A stretch of DNA of 63,745 nt, filler included, from Lenisia limosa (GCA_001655205.1; 6 parts of 6 records of this genome joined end to end with filler, not necessarily neighbours in it); one strand, 5' to 3'; positions 50,655 through 61,653 are shown, numbered from the whole stretch's first letter. Program-made: numbers and translations. The notes: a model not told the origin generated them from the sequence alone.

Positions 50655-53600
50655 ATGAAGCGTGGTGGTGTGGACNNNNNNNNNNNNNNNNNNNNNNNNN
50701 NNNNNNNNNNNNNNNNNNNNNNNNNNNNNNNNNNNNNNNNNNNNNNNNNNNNNNNNNNNNNNNNNNNNNNNNCTGGGCTCTATGACCCAGAATGGCGACG
50801 CAAATGACTTTACACTCAACCCTGGTGCCAGTATGTTCCCACTTGGTTGGAGGTAGCAGTATGGTGGTGGATATGGGTTAAGATTTTGACTTAAAAGTCG
50901 GTTCTATGGGCATATCTCTGGCTTCACTTCGGTTGAGGAAAATATCGATAGTTTTCGGGGATATATCGAGAAATTCAGCCTTTTTGAACCGAAGTGAAGC
51001 CCTAGTCATATCACTAGTGGATATGGGCAACATAATCTTCACAAAATCCAGAAGAAAACAAGCGGCAATTCACAGGCCGTAATGCCCCAGCACTTCCTCA
51101 TTGAAATTGTTGGTTTTTGTGCAGTAAATATCATGCTAAACATGATAGAAAACGTTATTTGAGAACAAGAATACTATTGTGTGTTATTAAATATACTGTA
51201 TATGTAGTGACCGGCATAAGTCTTGACAGATTTTCCTTGGGAAATCATAGAGCAAATTGTCAAGATTTATCCCGGTCACTGTAAACTACTTGGGAATCAA
51301 ATTACTACATAGGGATACCATAAGAGCAAAGTGTCAGACCGTAAGTGAATAGTACATAAACCCATGCTTTTTTGTTCACCCCCCCCCCCTTGCATTCCCA
51401 ATTCCAGTTTTCTGAACTAACAATGTAGTTCACAGTGTATGAAAAGGTGAGACGGGGGCGGCAAAGCAGGATCAAAACTAATCAAAACGGGGTAGTGAAA
51501 GGAGATTTCTGTCAGCTCATTTCACTTCCTGCTGCAATAGTGGTCTTTGAAGATTTATAAAGAAGGAAGGCATATGATATGATACTATTTGGAATTCTTC
51601 TCAACCCTCAGGATTATGGACAAAGTATAATTAACAAAGAATTTGGGAGGGATTCAAATCATGGAAAGTTCTTCTTAAAGTGTCTCAAACATGAGGTGAG
51701 CGGGATGTTGTGGAGGTATCGTAGCGTTTCCTATTGATCGGATTAGGGCTTCCCTGAAATCTGGCTGAATTATTCGATCAATCCTCGAAAATTATCAGTT
51801 TAACTAGAGTGAAGACCATATCATATCATCTGTACAGAATGATAGAAGCAAAACTGATATTTCCAGCTCACTACCACGTACGACGGACAGTTGATGTGGA
51901 TTTCGACCCTCAGACAATGGATGACTGTGCGAGTTGGCCAGTAGGCGGGTGTAAATAATATCTTCGGCTTCCCTGAGCCCCCACAAAAGACTTAACTTTT
52001 TATCAATAAATCCTCGGTAGATATCGAATTTTTGATGGTCATTTTCGCCAAGGAAAGCCCTAGTACCCCCCGTCCCCGTCCCTTATCCCGCACCCCTTAT
52101 CCCGTCAGTAGCATGTCACCTCTTGAACAATGATAGTTAGCACGTGTGAAAATTACTGAAAACGTGAAGATGTACAGTGACCGGGATGTCTTGACCTATT
52201 TTCCTTGGGAAATCACTAGCAACTGTGAAAACTTCTCCCGGTCACTGTATATTTATGTCTTCTCTAAAAGTGATTCCGTCTGCCTTCTCACGTTCTTAGT
52301 AAGGTGATCAACTTCATTGAACCCTATATCCCTGAAATTGTCGTAGTGCTGGTATGTTGGACCCACCCGCAATAGAAACTTTTTGTAGAGAAATCATATT
52401 TAGCTATATTGTTTTTCTCAATTGGTGATGTGCACATACATGTAATATATTATATATCATATTTATCCTTGTTTAAATACCCATTGATCTAAAAGTCCAC
52501 CTTCTTTTTCAGTGACAATAATTGTGAGATCATAGTTGAATGCCAATGTAGAATCCAGCTGACAGTAAAAACATATTGCTAAATCTTGGCTTCCTCTTTG
52601 ATTGTTCAGCTTGCAACCATCCGAAGGTGCTTCTCAAGAGAATACCTCCAGTTTTCACAGAATGTGTTTTGCCCGTCTTATTGTTGCGATCTTTTGGGCA
52701 TTCTTTTCTCTGCCAAACGTAGGGTGGAATGGGGTTTTGCGTCCTTGGTTCGGCTTAACTTCGGCTCGAAAACAGATCGAATTTCGCGTTAAATCATCTT
52801 AAACCATCGATATTTGACCGGTCTTTTTGGTGCCGAAGTAAGCCCCATTTGATGCCTTTGTTTTATCAAAAAGAAATATTGTGGAAACATGCCATAGAGT
52901 TCTGAATAATAGTGTTGTAGGGGTTTTTTTTAAAAAAAAAATAACAGAACCCAATTTTACAATGTTTTTCTTCTTCATTAACTTCTTTTTCTTTTGGGAC
53001 TGGATGGAATCTCAAAGCATCTATTTCAATATCAACACGGTTTTCTCTTTTTCTATTTAACCGATATCTTAAATGGGGTGATAATTTTGAGTGTCTGTAG
53101 TTAAAAATCAAAGAGAAAACTATTTATACAAACAATACATAATGTATCGTTTTTGCAAATTCAGACGTTTTCGCTTGCTTTCCTTCACCACCCACAGCCT
53201 CCGCTTCGATCCAGGCGTACCAAAGCGACGGGGTTCAGGTTTTCAGTGACCTGATTGAGAGGGGCCAAACACCTGTTGAGTCCATTAGTGCCATGAAGGC
53301 GCTGAGGCTTCTTTTGATGCTTCAAACCAAGTGGGTTTGGCTTAGGGGGTTTTTTTGGGCTGTAATGACTCAAAATGACTGAAATTCTTTATTATTCACT
53401 TAAAATTGGCACTTGTCGTGTATTCTTGTAGTATAAATTTGGTAACTTTGAGTGGCACAATGCCAAGTTGAGTGATCAAATGATCTGGGATTGATTGTTA
53501 TACGCGTGCTTTGATCTTCATTCAAAGAAATAGATCGGTACAGTATCGAAATATTTGTGTCATATGGATGATTTATCGAGTAATTCAGTAATTTTCTGGA

Positions 53601-55914
53601 TCAGAGTGAAGCCCCACCTTTATTGTAACGTAGGAGTGTAGGCGTATAAACAATGGACCTTGACAATTGATGTGAACTATGATATGCATGTATCACGTAA
53701 AGAGACTGCGTTGCTGATGGTAATCTAATAAAATGCAACCCCGTTGAAGCGCCATTTCACTCGCCCCCTTAATCCTCTAGGGGACATACAAAGCGCCCAC
53801 GGTTTCAAAGAAGGCAGTTGAGATGATTGTTGATGCTGGACTGTGTCCCAATAAGTTCTTCTACCCTATAATCTATGCTGAAGTGGGACCTTTTTTGAAA
53901 TTTTTGCCCATAGTACTCCAAATCTTGTTGTTTTTACCTTCCAAACTCAGTTGCATACTACTGTATAATATACTATGATCCTCTGAGATAGGTATGATAT
54001 GATCTCATATATTCATGTCTATGCATATTAAGTTGAATAATTGTTTCACGAAAGACGTGTTAGAGGATATTGAATACTACTCCTCTCTCTACTCACGAAG
54101 GCTTTACAGATTGAACGTGGGAGTGGGGGGTGGGGGCTCGAACCCATAGATTTTGAAAAAGAATGTTGTTTATCGATAACAATTCAACATACACTACCGA
54201 TCGGCTAAAGGGGGGAAATACTGAATGAACACTCTATCAAAGAGAAGTTCAATTAACAAGTTACCCCGATCCATCCCCTCTTTTTGCATATCATACATAA
54301 CTAGTCTATATGATATATATATATGTATACAGTAACTGGGATAAGTCTTGACTGATTTGCTCTATGATATCCCAATGAAAATCGGTCATGACTTATTCCG
54401 GTCACTGTATTATATGATAAAAATATAAGTAATATATATGATGTGATATGTATTTTTTAAAAAATATTCTTAGCATACAGTGTGGTATGTAAGCTTGTCC
54501 GATTTGCTTCATCCCTCAAGGAAGGACTTGCCACGGTCACAATGACATATACAATTAACTTTCTTCATGTATTGATCCCTGTCTTATCTTCTTTTCTTAA
54601 GAAGGTTTGCAGTTGCTGCAACAGAATATTAATAGTTCAGAACCTGCCAAATCAGCTAGTTCTACAAAGGAGGAGCCGAGGCGAGAAAAGAAGAAAAGTG
54701 GGGGAGGGTTAAATTCAAATTGGCCAATTTTTGTTCTTCGATATTGTAATTATGGGTGGTAAATGAGAATAGTTCGGAGAATTAGGCACTCACTTCAGCC
54801 CGAAAAAAACTGAATTTCTCGATAAATCCTTGATAAATATCGATATTTTCATGGTCTTTTTCGGACCGTAGGGAAGTCTTAACTGCTATTTTCAGAGTAC
54901 TAATACCCCGCATTTCTTTATAAACTCCCATATTTTTATTCAGACGCTATCATTCGTGTCATAGTATGCGTATAGAGCTTCCCTACAGCTCCAAAAAAAC
55001 CCTGAACTTCTTGATAATTCTTGAAATTTGGACCGTAGGGAAGCCCTTGTCATAATCATAAAGATATACTATATGATCTTCATGACTTTGTCATATCGTA
55101 ATATATCACATGATAAAGAGGGCATATGATTGGGTGAATTAATTATTGCTCTCCTTAGAATATTTTTATCATGTAGAAACGTATCATATCCTGACTATCC
55201 AGGCAATGGCTGTGCAAACTGTGGCGAAAAGCCTGAGAAGATGAAGCGATGCAAGGCCTGTTTGGCTGTGCGTTACTGTAATAAGGAATGCCAGGTAAGC
55301 TCCGTGTAGTTAGTTTGCAATTGATATGGGACATAATGTCCCAAGAATTTTATTTCACATTGTGTTCAATATTTCTTCTACAACTGGTATCCAATTGGGC
55401 AAGGGCTTGATTAATGCCTGTCCTTGTGGGGAAGCAGGGTAGAAAGTGTATGCGGGTGAATTTTTATTAAGCCTGAATTGTTACTCATTTCTTCATGATT
55501 CAAAAAATTCCGAAGGAGTGTATATATGACATGATGGGACTCTAGTTCACATTCTTTTTACATACGCTCGCACTTTGATGCCACTTCTTAATTCTCCCTT
55601 CCCAAATAGTTGCATACTTCCCTCCTCTAAAAACAATGTGAAATTGCTTTCTGTGTTTGACTCATGTAGATCAATCACTGGAAGATCCACATTATGGTGC
55701 TTAAGGTTTTTCGAGGAATGTATTGTTGTTCAAACAGAAAGAAGCTGGATTTTTGTTCCTTCCCTATTTGCCAAAACAGTTACAAGAAAATTTTATCATC
55801 TTGCGGCACACTAAGGGGGCAGATTATGTATTCCTCCTCACCTTACAACGAGGAGCAATCACAAGGCCATCAGCAAAATTTTCTTGAGTGGAAGTGACGT
55901 CGAGGAGGAGTGAC
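50655..55914 (+). CDS. Multi-exon protein with a C-terminal MYND zinc finger
   Basis: Exon 55204-55273 encodes NGCANCGEKPEKMKRCKACLAVRYCNKECQ, and the next exon INHWKIH completes the zf-MYND. Upstream plus-strand exons include AVEMIVDAGLCPNKFFYPIIYAE and QVFSDLIERGQTPVESISAMKALRLLLML. Ends uncertain. Confidence 0.7.
50867..51027 (+). repeat. Family C right-end copy interrupted by MITE A
   Basis: GACTTAAAAGTCGGT..CATATC [MITE A] GTCATATCACTAGTGGATATGGG. Confidence 0.72.
50917..51004 (-). mobile_element. MITE family A, CACTT/CACTT, nested in family C, with 8-bp TSD
   Basis: Flanks GGCATATC (50909-50916) and GTCATATC (51005-51012) match at 7/8. Confidence 0.88.
51205..51281 (+). mobile_element. 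MITE family B
   Basis: TAGTGACCGGCATAAGTCTTGACA...TGTCAAGATTTATCCCGGTCACTG|TA. Confidence 0.83.
51744..51820 (+). mobile_element. MITE family A, degenerate/deleted
   Basis: TAGGGCTTCCCTG...ATCCTCGAAAATTATC...GAGTGAAGACCATA. Confidence 0.62.
51963..52062 (+). mobile_element. MITE family A, degenerate
   Basis: GGCTTCCCTG..AAAAGACTTAA..ATAAATCCTCGG..TATCGA..GGAAAGCCCTA. Confidence 0.7.
52175..52247 (+). mobile_element. MITE family B
   Basis: TA|CAGTGACCGGGATGTCTTGAC...CCCGGTCACTG|TA; same core (TTTTCCTTGGGAAATCA) as 51205. Confidence 0.83.
52749..52847 (+). mobile_element. MITE family A, degenerate CACTT-like ends
   Basis: GGCTTAACTTCGGCTCGAAAA...ATCGATATTTGACCGGTCTTTTTGGTGCCGAAGTAAGCCCC. 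Confidence 0.75.
53532..53616 (-). mobile_element. MITE family A, degenerate, reverse orientation
   Basis: GATTTATCGAGTAATTCAGT...GAGTGAAGCCCCA is the reverse complement of the left end. Confidence 0.62.
54330..54407 (-). mobile_element. MITE family B, reverse orientation
   Basis: TA|CAGTAACTGGGATAAGTCTTGAC...GACTTATTCCGGTCACTG|TA. Confidence 0.83.
54783..54881 (+). mobile_element. MITE family A, chimeric: CACTT left end, CCCTAC right end
   Basis: TAGGCACTCACTTCAGCCCGAAAAAAACTGAATTTCTCGA...TTTTTCGGACCGTAGGGAAGTCTTA. Confidence 0.83.
54973..55048 (+). mobile_element. MITE family A, CCCTAC/CCCTAC, internal deletion
   Basis: TAGAGCTTCCCTACAG...GGACCGTAGGGAAGCCCT. Confidence 0.8.
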
Positions 55915-56423
55915 ATTTGGAAGTATTTCGTCTTATGTTCCTATGTACCCTATCGTCTTCTGGGGTCAGGACCGCCTTGAGGCTCCTTATTAAATTATAC
56001 CATACGAGCGTACCACTACCATGTACCACGACATCATGCTCAAACATAAAACCAAAATCCCCCTAAATTTTGTGTCCGTCAAAAATACGGTTTTTTTGAA
56101 AGTGTAGAAACGTTTATTTATAAAGACGAAGTATACAAAAAATACAAAGTCGGTCAGAAGAAGGAGTTGAAGGAGGTGTAAGGAGTAAACTTGCAGCAAA
56201 CTTGCAATTCCTGTAATGCAAGTTTATATCCAATAAGCATTTTTTTAGACTGTGACACAAACTAACCCAGCCTGATGAAGTTATTTGGTTATTAGCGGGT
56301 TCAACCTGGTTCAACCATAACCACCTCCGCTGGCCCGGGTTCCCGGGCACTTCGGGAGTTGTCAATCATCGGCGTCGGTCAAACGGTCAAACAAGTCCTC
56401 CCTGTCACTCGTGCGAAGGAGTC

Positions 56424-59400
56424 ATGTCAGTTCCTTCCGTTCTTTCTTTTTTTAGCATTTTTCTCCTCGTCCTAGTTATTCCCTCCTCAACATTTACACT
56501 ACCTAAAGGGTAAGCTGTGTGTAAGTCTGTATCTTATAGATTCACCAGAATGGAAAAAATCGCTAGAATCTGGGTTTATAAGTGCTATTCGCTATAATCT
56601 CACTTAAGGATTACATAACAATAATAAGCCTGAAAATATAGATTCTTATAAGTGCTATTCTGATAAATCTAACTGTATCTCTGTCTAATCTACTTAAACT
56701 CTACTTGTTCCATTTTCGATGAAAATTTGACATATCCTGCAGATGCTCCTGTGCTCCTATAAATTGCGTTTCTTCTGTGTATTGCTGCTTCAGGTTTTGC
56801 GGATGCCTTGGCGCTGAACCATTTGGCTTTTATGGGCATCGTTGCGGCGTAAGATAGGGTGATTACATTTTTCGTATATCGAAAAATTCGGTCACTAACT
56901 GGTCTCCTCTAACTTTGCGCTATGTATCACAGAATGATAGCCTTTTCGGCCACATATCACATAGTATGTTATGCCCTACGGTCCCAAAAAAGACTATAAT
57001 ATATCCTCGAAAATATCAATATTTTTCCAGTCTTTTTCGGACCACAGGGAAGCCCTAGCCATCATATTTCCAAGAGGACGCAGTCCACGAGGGGATATGA
57101 GTTGCACATGAAAAAAAACTCAGAACATCTAAGAAAAACCAAGACATCTGCCAACTTTTCCCTAAACCATTACTTTTTTCTTGAAAAACATGACTTTTCT
57201 CATGTTCCCTGAGGTATAATATCTATCGTATACTCAAAAAGGTATCATATAAATTTGACACTATCAAGGGTGTTTGCGTTGACCTGAGGATATACGATTG
57301 CCCAAAAATGTAAGCGAGCGACTTTTCATAAAGCTAGTATATATCATATAAAACTTGGGGCCATATAATGTGAAAATGCGCCCAATTCACTCTTGATGAA
57401 CATTGCTTAGATACGTTTATTTGTTGACTGGACACATATATGCATCTATAGTACACAGATCAAATAATATGAGAATAATTTGTTCAATGTTCATATTATT
57501 TTGTAGTTAATATATAATAGACTTCTACTCCAAAGACGAATTTGAGTAATTATACTTCTTGTAATTGAAGAGATTGGGGAGATGCCAAAATTTTGGGACC
57601 GGGCCCGGAAATTTCAGCCCCAAAACCTTACCCGGTCACCCGGCCAAAATGGGCCGGGGGCGGGAATTCCCCGGCCCCGGCGCCGTGTACCCGACGCCCT
57701 ATTTTCAATCTATTCCATTCATCCCATTTTAGAAATGGTGTTGAAGTTCCCATCCTTGAAACTTTTTTGCCAGATTGTACTGATCCTGGTGCAACTTTAA
57801 CATCAGGAAACTGCATATTTGGTTTGTGAGTTTCTTTCAGAACGATTAATGGATGTTATGTATTTCCCTCTTAAAACTCATCTTCTATTTCAGGAGAAAG
57901 TTGCTTCGGAGGCCTTTGCGAGAGAATCTGTCCTCCAGGGCAGCTTCTTTGTGGTTCAAGTTGCTGTGGCGCCGACTCGATATGTACTCCTACTGGGTGT
58001 CAGCCCCGATTATGTCCACCTGGTTCGAGCCTTCACACCTGTAACGACAAGAAGAGGCTGACGGTCCATAGTAATTGCAAACCTTTCGGATCACCAATTT
58101 CGTTCAACGAAGCCCAGAATTATTATAGGGTGTTTGAAGATTTGGCGGAAGAACTGGGTTGCGTCGTGTTTGGTGAAAAAGAAGTGGAAGACGAATGCTT
58201 GGAAGGTATGAAATACCACTTGTCCCTAGATATAATACCATCACCATGTACCCTTGATATTTATTGGAATGATCATTTTTCTGATTTTTCTCATATTTTT
58301 TATAGTAATTTTTTTCATTATTTTTGGGACAAGGGGGATGATGGGAGTAAAGAAGGGGTGGGGAAAAACATGAAGAAATTACAGATTATTTTACAGTGAA
58401 AACAGTCATTATAACTGTGATAATGATCATTATTTTTGGGAAATTGAAAAAAGCTACACTAATTTTTACTGACAAATCAGTGAAAAAAAGTAAACTTTCA
58501 TGGTGAAGGAAAAGAAATGCACAAAAAATTGAGTGAGAGGAGCGAACAAACATGAGATCTGGAGGAAAATGAGATGGGAAGCTCTCAAAGTCCAGAAATC
58601 ACAGATACAGAGGAAGAATGGTTGATTTAGCATGGGGAGAGAAGAAGAGCTGTAAGCAAAAAAATAATATATATATACAAAAAACAAACGAGAAAATGAA
58701 AAATTGGTCAAAAAAAATAGTGTCATTGTGCGGCTTTTATGTTTTCTAGAGTGGCTGGCGGTGAACGGTGCGGTGATGAACACATTTTGGGGAGTGACCC
58801 CCCTTAAATCTACACGATTTTAAGTTCGCTCCATAGTTAGATCATTATTGAGGTCACCTTCTGCCACTTTCTCCCAATAATGAATGTATGGTGATTTTTT
58901 AATATTCAATCAAATGACTATTTTGGCCTAACATAATAAAAATCACTGTAAAATTCGACTTTCCGAAATATTCCTCGCGTACTTGATTATCATTGCTCAT
59001 ATCTGTGTCTTCTCGTGTCGTGTTTGTATGGGTGTTTTGAGGTTGAGATGACTTGGTATTTACTCGGCTGGCTCCTCATCGTGCGTGAATACCGCGTAAC
59101 AACCTTAAAACACACATACTCCACTCGAAGACGCCATATCTCCAAGGAGGTCGTAATATTGCATAACATATCACGTTTTGGTGTCATAATTGCTCAGGTG
59201 AATTGAGATGTTTCTCCGAGTGTTGTACATTTTTGGAAGTCTGTGACCCTTATGCTAAGAAGTGTCGTTCCCCTTTACAATGCGCCCACGATGAACATGA
59301 GTGCGGTATTCATTGCTGCAAAAATGCATCTGAATTTTGCTTGAGCAGTTACTGTCACGAAATTATTGAGGGTAAAACAGAGGAAGAAGCCAAGAAAGAA

Positions 59401-60230
59401 AAGGCAGTTATTCTCGCCCTTATTGGAGACTCCGTGGTATTTTCCTATTCAGGTCAGGATCCGAGTTTTGAAAGAGAAGGGACCTTGCAGAGACCAACTG
59501 TGGACGACACCTACGGCTTCGTGAGAGATGACCTGCCTATGGCTGATCGCAAATATCTAAATTTAGGTTTGTGGGCGGAATGTATTTTATATTGAAGAGA
59601 TTGAATGGTTTATAGTTCACAATATTATAGGATCGTATTGCGGTATTTGTATATTGTGCATAGTGTATGATGATACCCTCAACCAGGTGTGGAATTGTAA
59701 CGGGCTTGTGAGCGCTTGCGCTCTTTGTGGGGGTTCGTTCTCGGGTACTACCGGATCCGAAGTCTAATATTAAGGATCCGGATCCGAAAGTTGGATCTGG
59801 ACGGAGAATTGACTATCAGGCCTCATAATAGCAGTTATTTCATACGGTTGCTATTCTGCCTTGAAAGTCGGTCATTTTTTCAAAATCTCTTGTGGAAATT
59901 ATGATAAATACTGCGTATTTAATGCTTCATCTTTTCGGTTTAGAAAACGCTCAAGGTCTCTTGACTTCTCTTCAAGAAGATTACGAGATCGTTGTCAGAG
60001 CTGGGACGTACACTTCTTTTGATTCTGATGCAATCAAGCAAATAGTTGCTAAGGTTGGTGATAATGGTATTATATTAATATATCATATGTAGTATGTTTT
60101 CTAATTGATATGAAATGTTTTTTTATAGTATATTATATGTTACCGGTCAAAGCTCCATGACTCATCAAAAGTATCAGGGCAACCTGCTTTCTTCAAAATT
60201 ATACCTATAAACTACTTTTCCTGCGTTTGA
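56424..60230 (+). CDS. Secreted or membrane Cys-rich protein with CxxxxxxCGxxCC-type repeats (possibly two genes)
   Basis: Signal peptide MSVPSVLSFFSIFLLVLVIPSSTFT. Repeats CPPGQLLCGSSCCGADSIC and CAHDEHECGIHCCKNASEFC. Late hydrophobic segment GLIIAVISYGCYSALKV. Confidence 0.55.
56973..57057 (+). mobile_element. MITE family A, CCCTAC/CCCTAC
   Basis: CCCTACGGTCCCAAAAAAGAC...GTCTTTTTCGGACCACAGGGAAGCCCTA. Confidence 0.83.
57595..57701 (-). mobile_element. GC-rich truncated end of a probable hAT-type element
   Basis: GC-rich island of CCGG/GGCC motifs in an AT-rich intron, ending ACGCCCTA (TAGGGCGT on the minus strand, the same terminus type as family A). Confidence 0.45.
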
Positions 60231-60662
60231 TTTTTCTTTTCCGCCTTGATATTGAAAGTGTGAAGAAGTAGATCCTCTTTAGTGAAGTCCCCCAAAAGAG
60301 TATCTGAAGAAATCGTATTTTTGAAGCATAACAGATCCAAAGAGTTATATGTGTTTACACACATATACTGTATTTATGTTCAAATTCAAGGGGGGGGGGG
60401 GNNNNNNNNNNNNNNNNNNNNNNNNNNNNNNNNNNNNNNNNNNNNNNNNNNNNNNNGAGACTCATTCCGATCAGAAATAAATAGTTTATCAATGAACAGC
60501 TGATTAAGAAGAGGGCTGTTTGTTACCAATTACCCCGAGGAGGTCATTTTCCTAACCTTTCAAAGATATACAAATAACTTTTGAAGCAGATCACCAAACC
60601 AAAAAACGTTCATCGGAATAATGCTAAAAAGAGACATTTTCTCTCGAAATTTATGTGATTTT

Positions 60663-61335
60663 CTAGATGAATCTATTTCTCCAGTGATATTTTTCCGTAT
60701 CCGAGGCTCGTTGGTGGTCTGCTTTATTTAACGACAGGAAGGATGCTTGAATTGCGAATGTGTTCATAGCTTTCAGTATATAAAAATATACTGTGACCGT
60801 TAAAAGTCTTTGGATTTGCCTCAAGCAAGACTTATCCTGGTCACTGTACATATCATCATATAGTATTAAAGGGAAATGCTTCGACCTTTCTGGGTTTGAA
60901 TCTTGAAGAAGTCAACTTTTTTATCCTTTTTCCCTTGTCATGTATTGTAAACTGATCCATTCCGAGCGTCTAAAAATGAGATTTTTGGGCTGGATCTTGG
61001 TTTAATGATGTCTCAGAGTATTAGATTAGGAGATTTACATTCAGTGAGTCGCAATAGGAACATGAAGAACCACTTTTTGCTCCCAGTGGACTAACTCCCA
61101 GGGCATCTTGGTTTCTACGAGCCTTTATGGCTTTCTTTTAGTTGATAGAGGCCGTAGAATAGTGTTTCGGAGGATATTAGCAGAATTTCAAGAGATAGCT
61201 GAAGCCTGAGGCAGGGTTTCGGAAAACTTATGCCTCTCTTCTGCCTCCTTGCCTCGATTTGACGATACTATTGAAATGAAGAGTTTTTCTGAGGGGATAG
61301 AGGTCACAGTTGCAAACGAGGCACATCTCCCTAAA
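60663..61335 (-). CDS. C-terminal exons of an unknown gene cut by the spacer
   Basis: Spliceable reading YGLYQLKKAIKARRNQDALGVSPLGAK and ADHQRASDTEKYHWRNRFI*; no recognisable domain. Confidence 0.33.
60791..60846. mobile_element. MITE family B, internally deleted
   Basis: TA|CTGTGACCG..AAGTCTT...AAGACTTATCCTGGTCACTG|TA. Confidence 0.72.
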
Positions 61336-61392
61336 ATATGACATGATATAGTATGTGTAATAAATAATATAGTGTGTGTGACCATACATAAC

Positions 61393-61492
61393 NNNNNNNN
61401 NNNNNNNNNNNNNNNNNNNNNNNNNNNNNNNNNNNNTTAATTAATTAANNNNNNNNNNNNNNNNNNNNNNNNNNNNNNNNNNNNNNNNNNNN
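61393..61492. other. Artificial contig spacer
   Basis: Same 44+12+44 layout. Confidence 0.95.
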
Positions 61493-61653
61493 TATATTCA
61501 AACACAATCTTCATATTTATGCTTATCAAACAAGATTTTTTTTTTTATGTATTATATTTGAAACCATATTATATTATATTATATGTAATATTGATAGAAA
61601 AGGGTGGAGGGTTGTAAACATTTGCCTTTCTTTAAATAGTATATTATATTTTG

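Noticed and set aside
50400-55048. Clustered palindromes as bacterial REP/BIME elements, terminators or a dispersed CRISPR
   Set aside because: Spacing is irregular, orientation is mixed, TSDs are present in some copies and the context is spliceosomal introns; MITEs explain them.
58394-58950. TA|CAGTGA...TCACTG|TA as another Tc1-like element in a long intron
   Set aside because: Only about 6 bp of terminal complementarity is visible, which is plausible by chance in AT-rich DNA; it needs a copy search.
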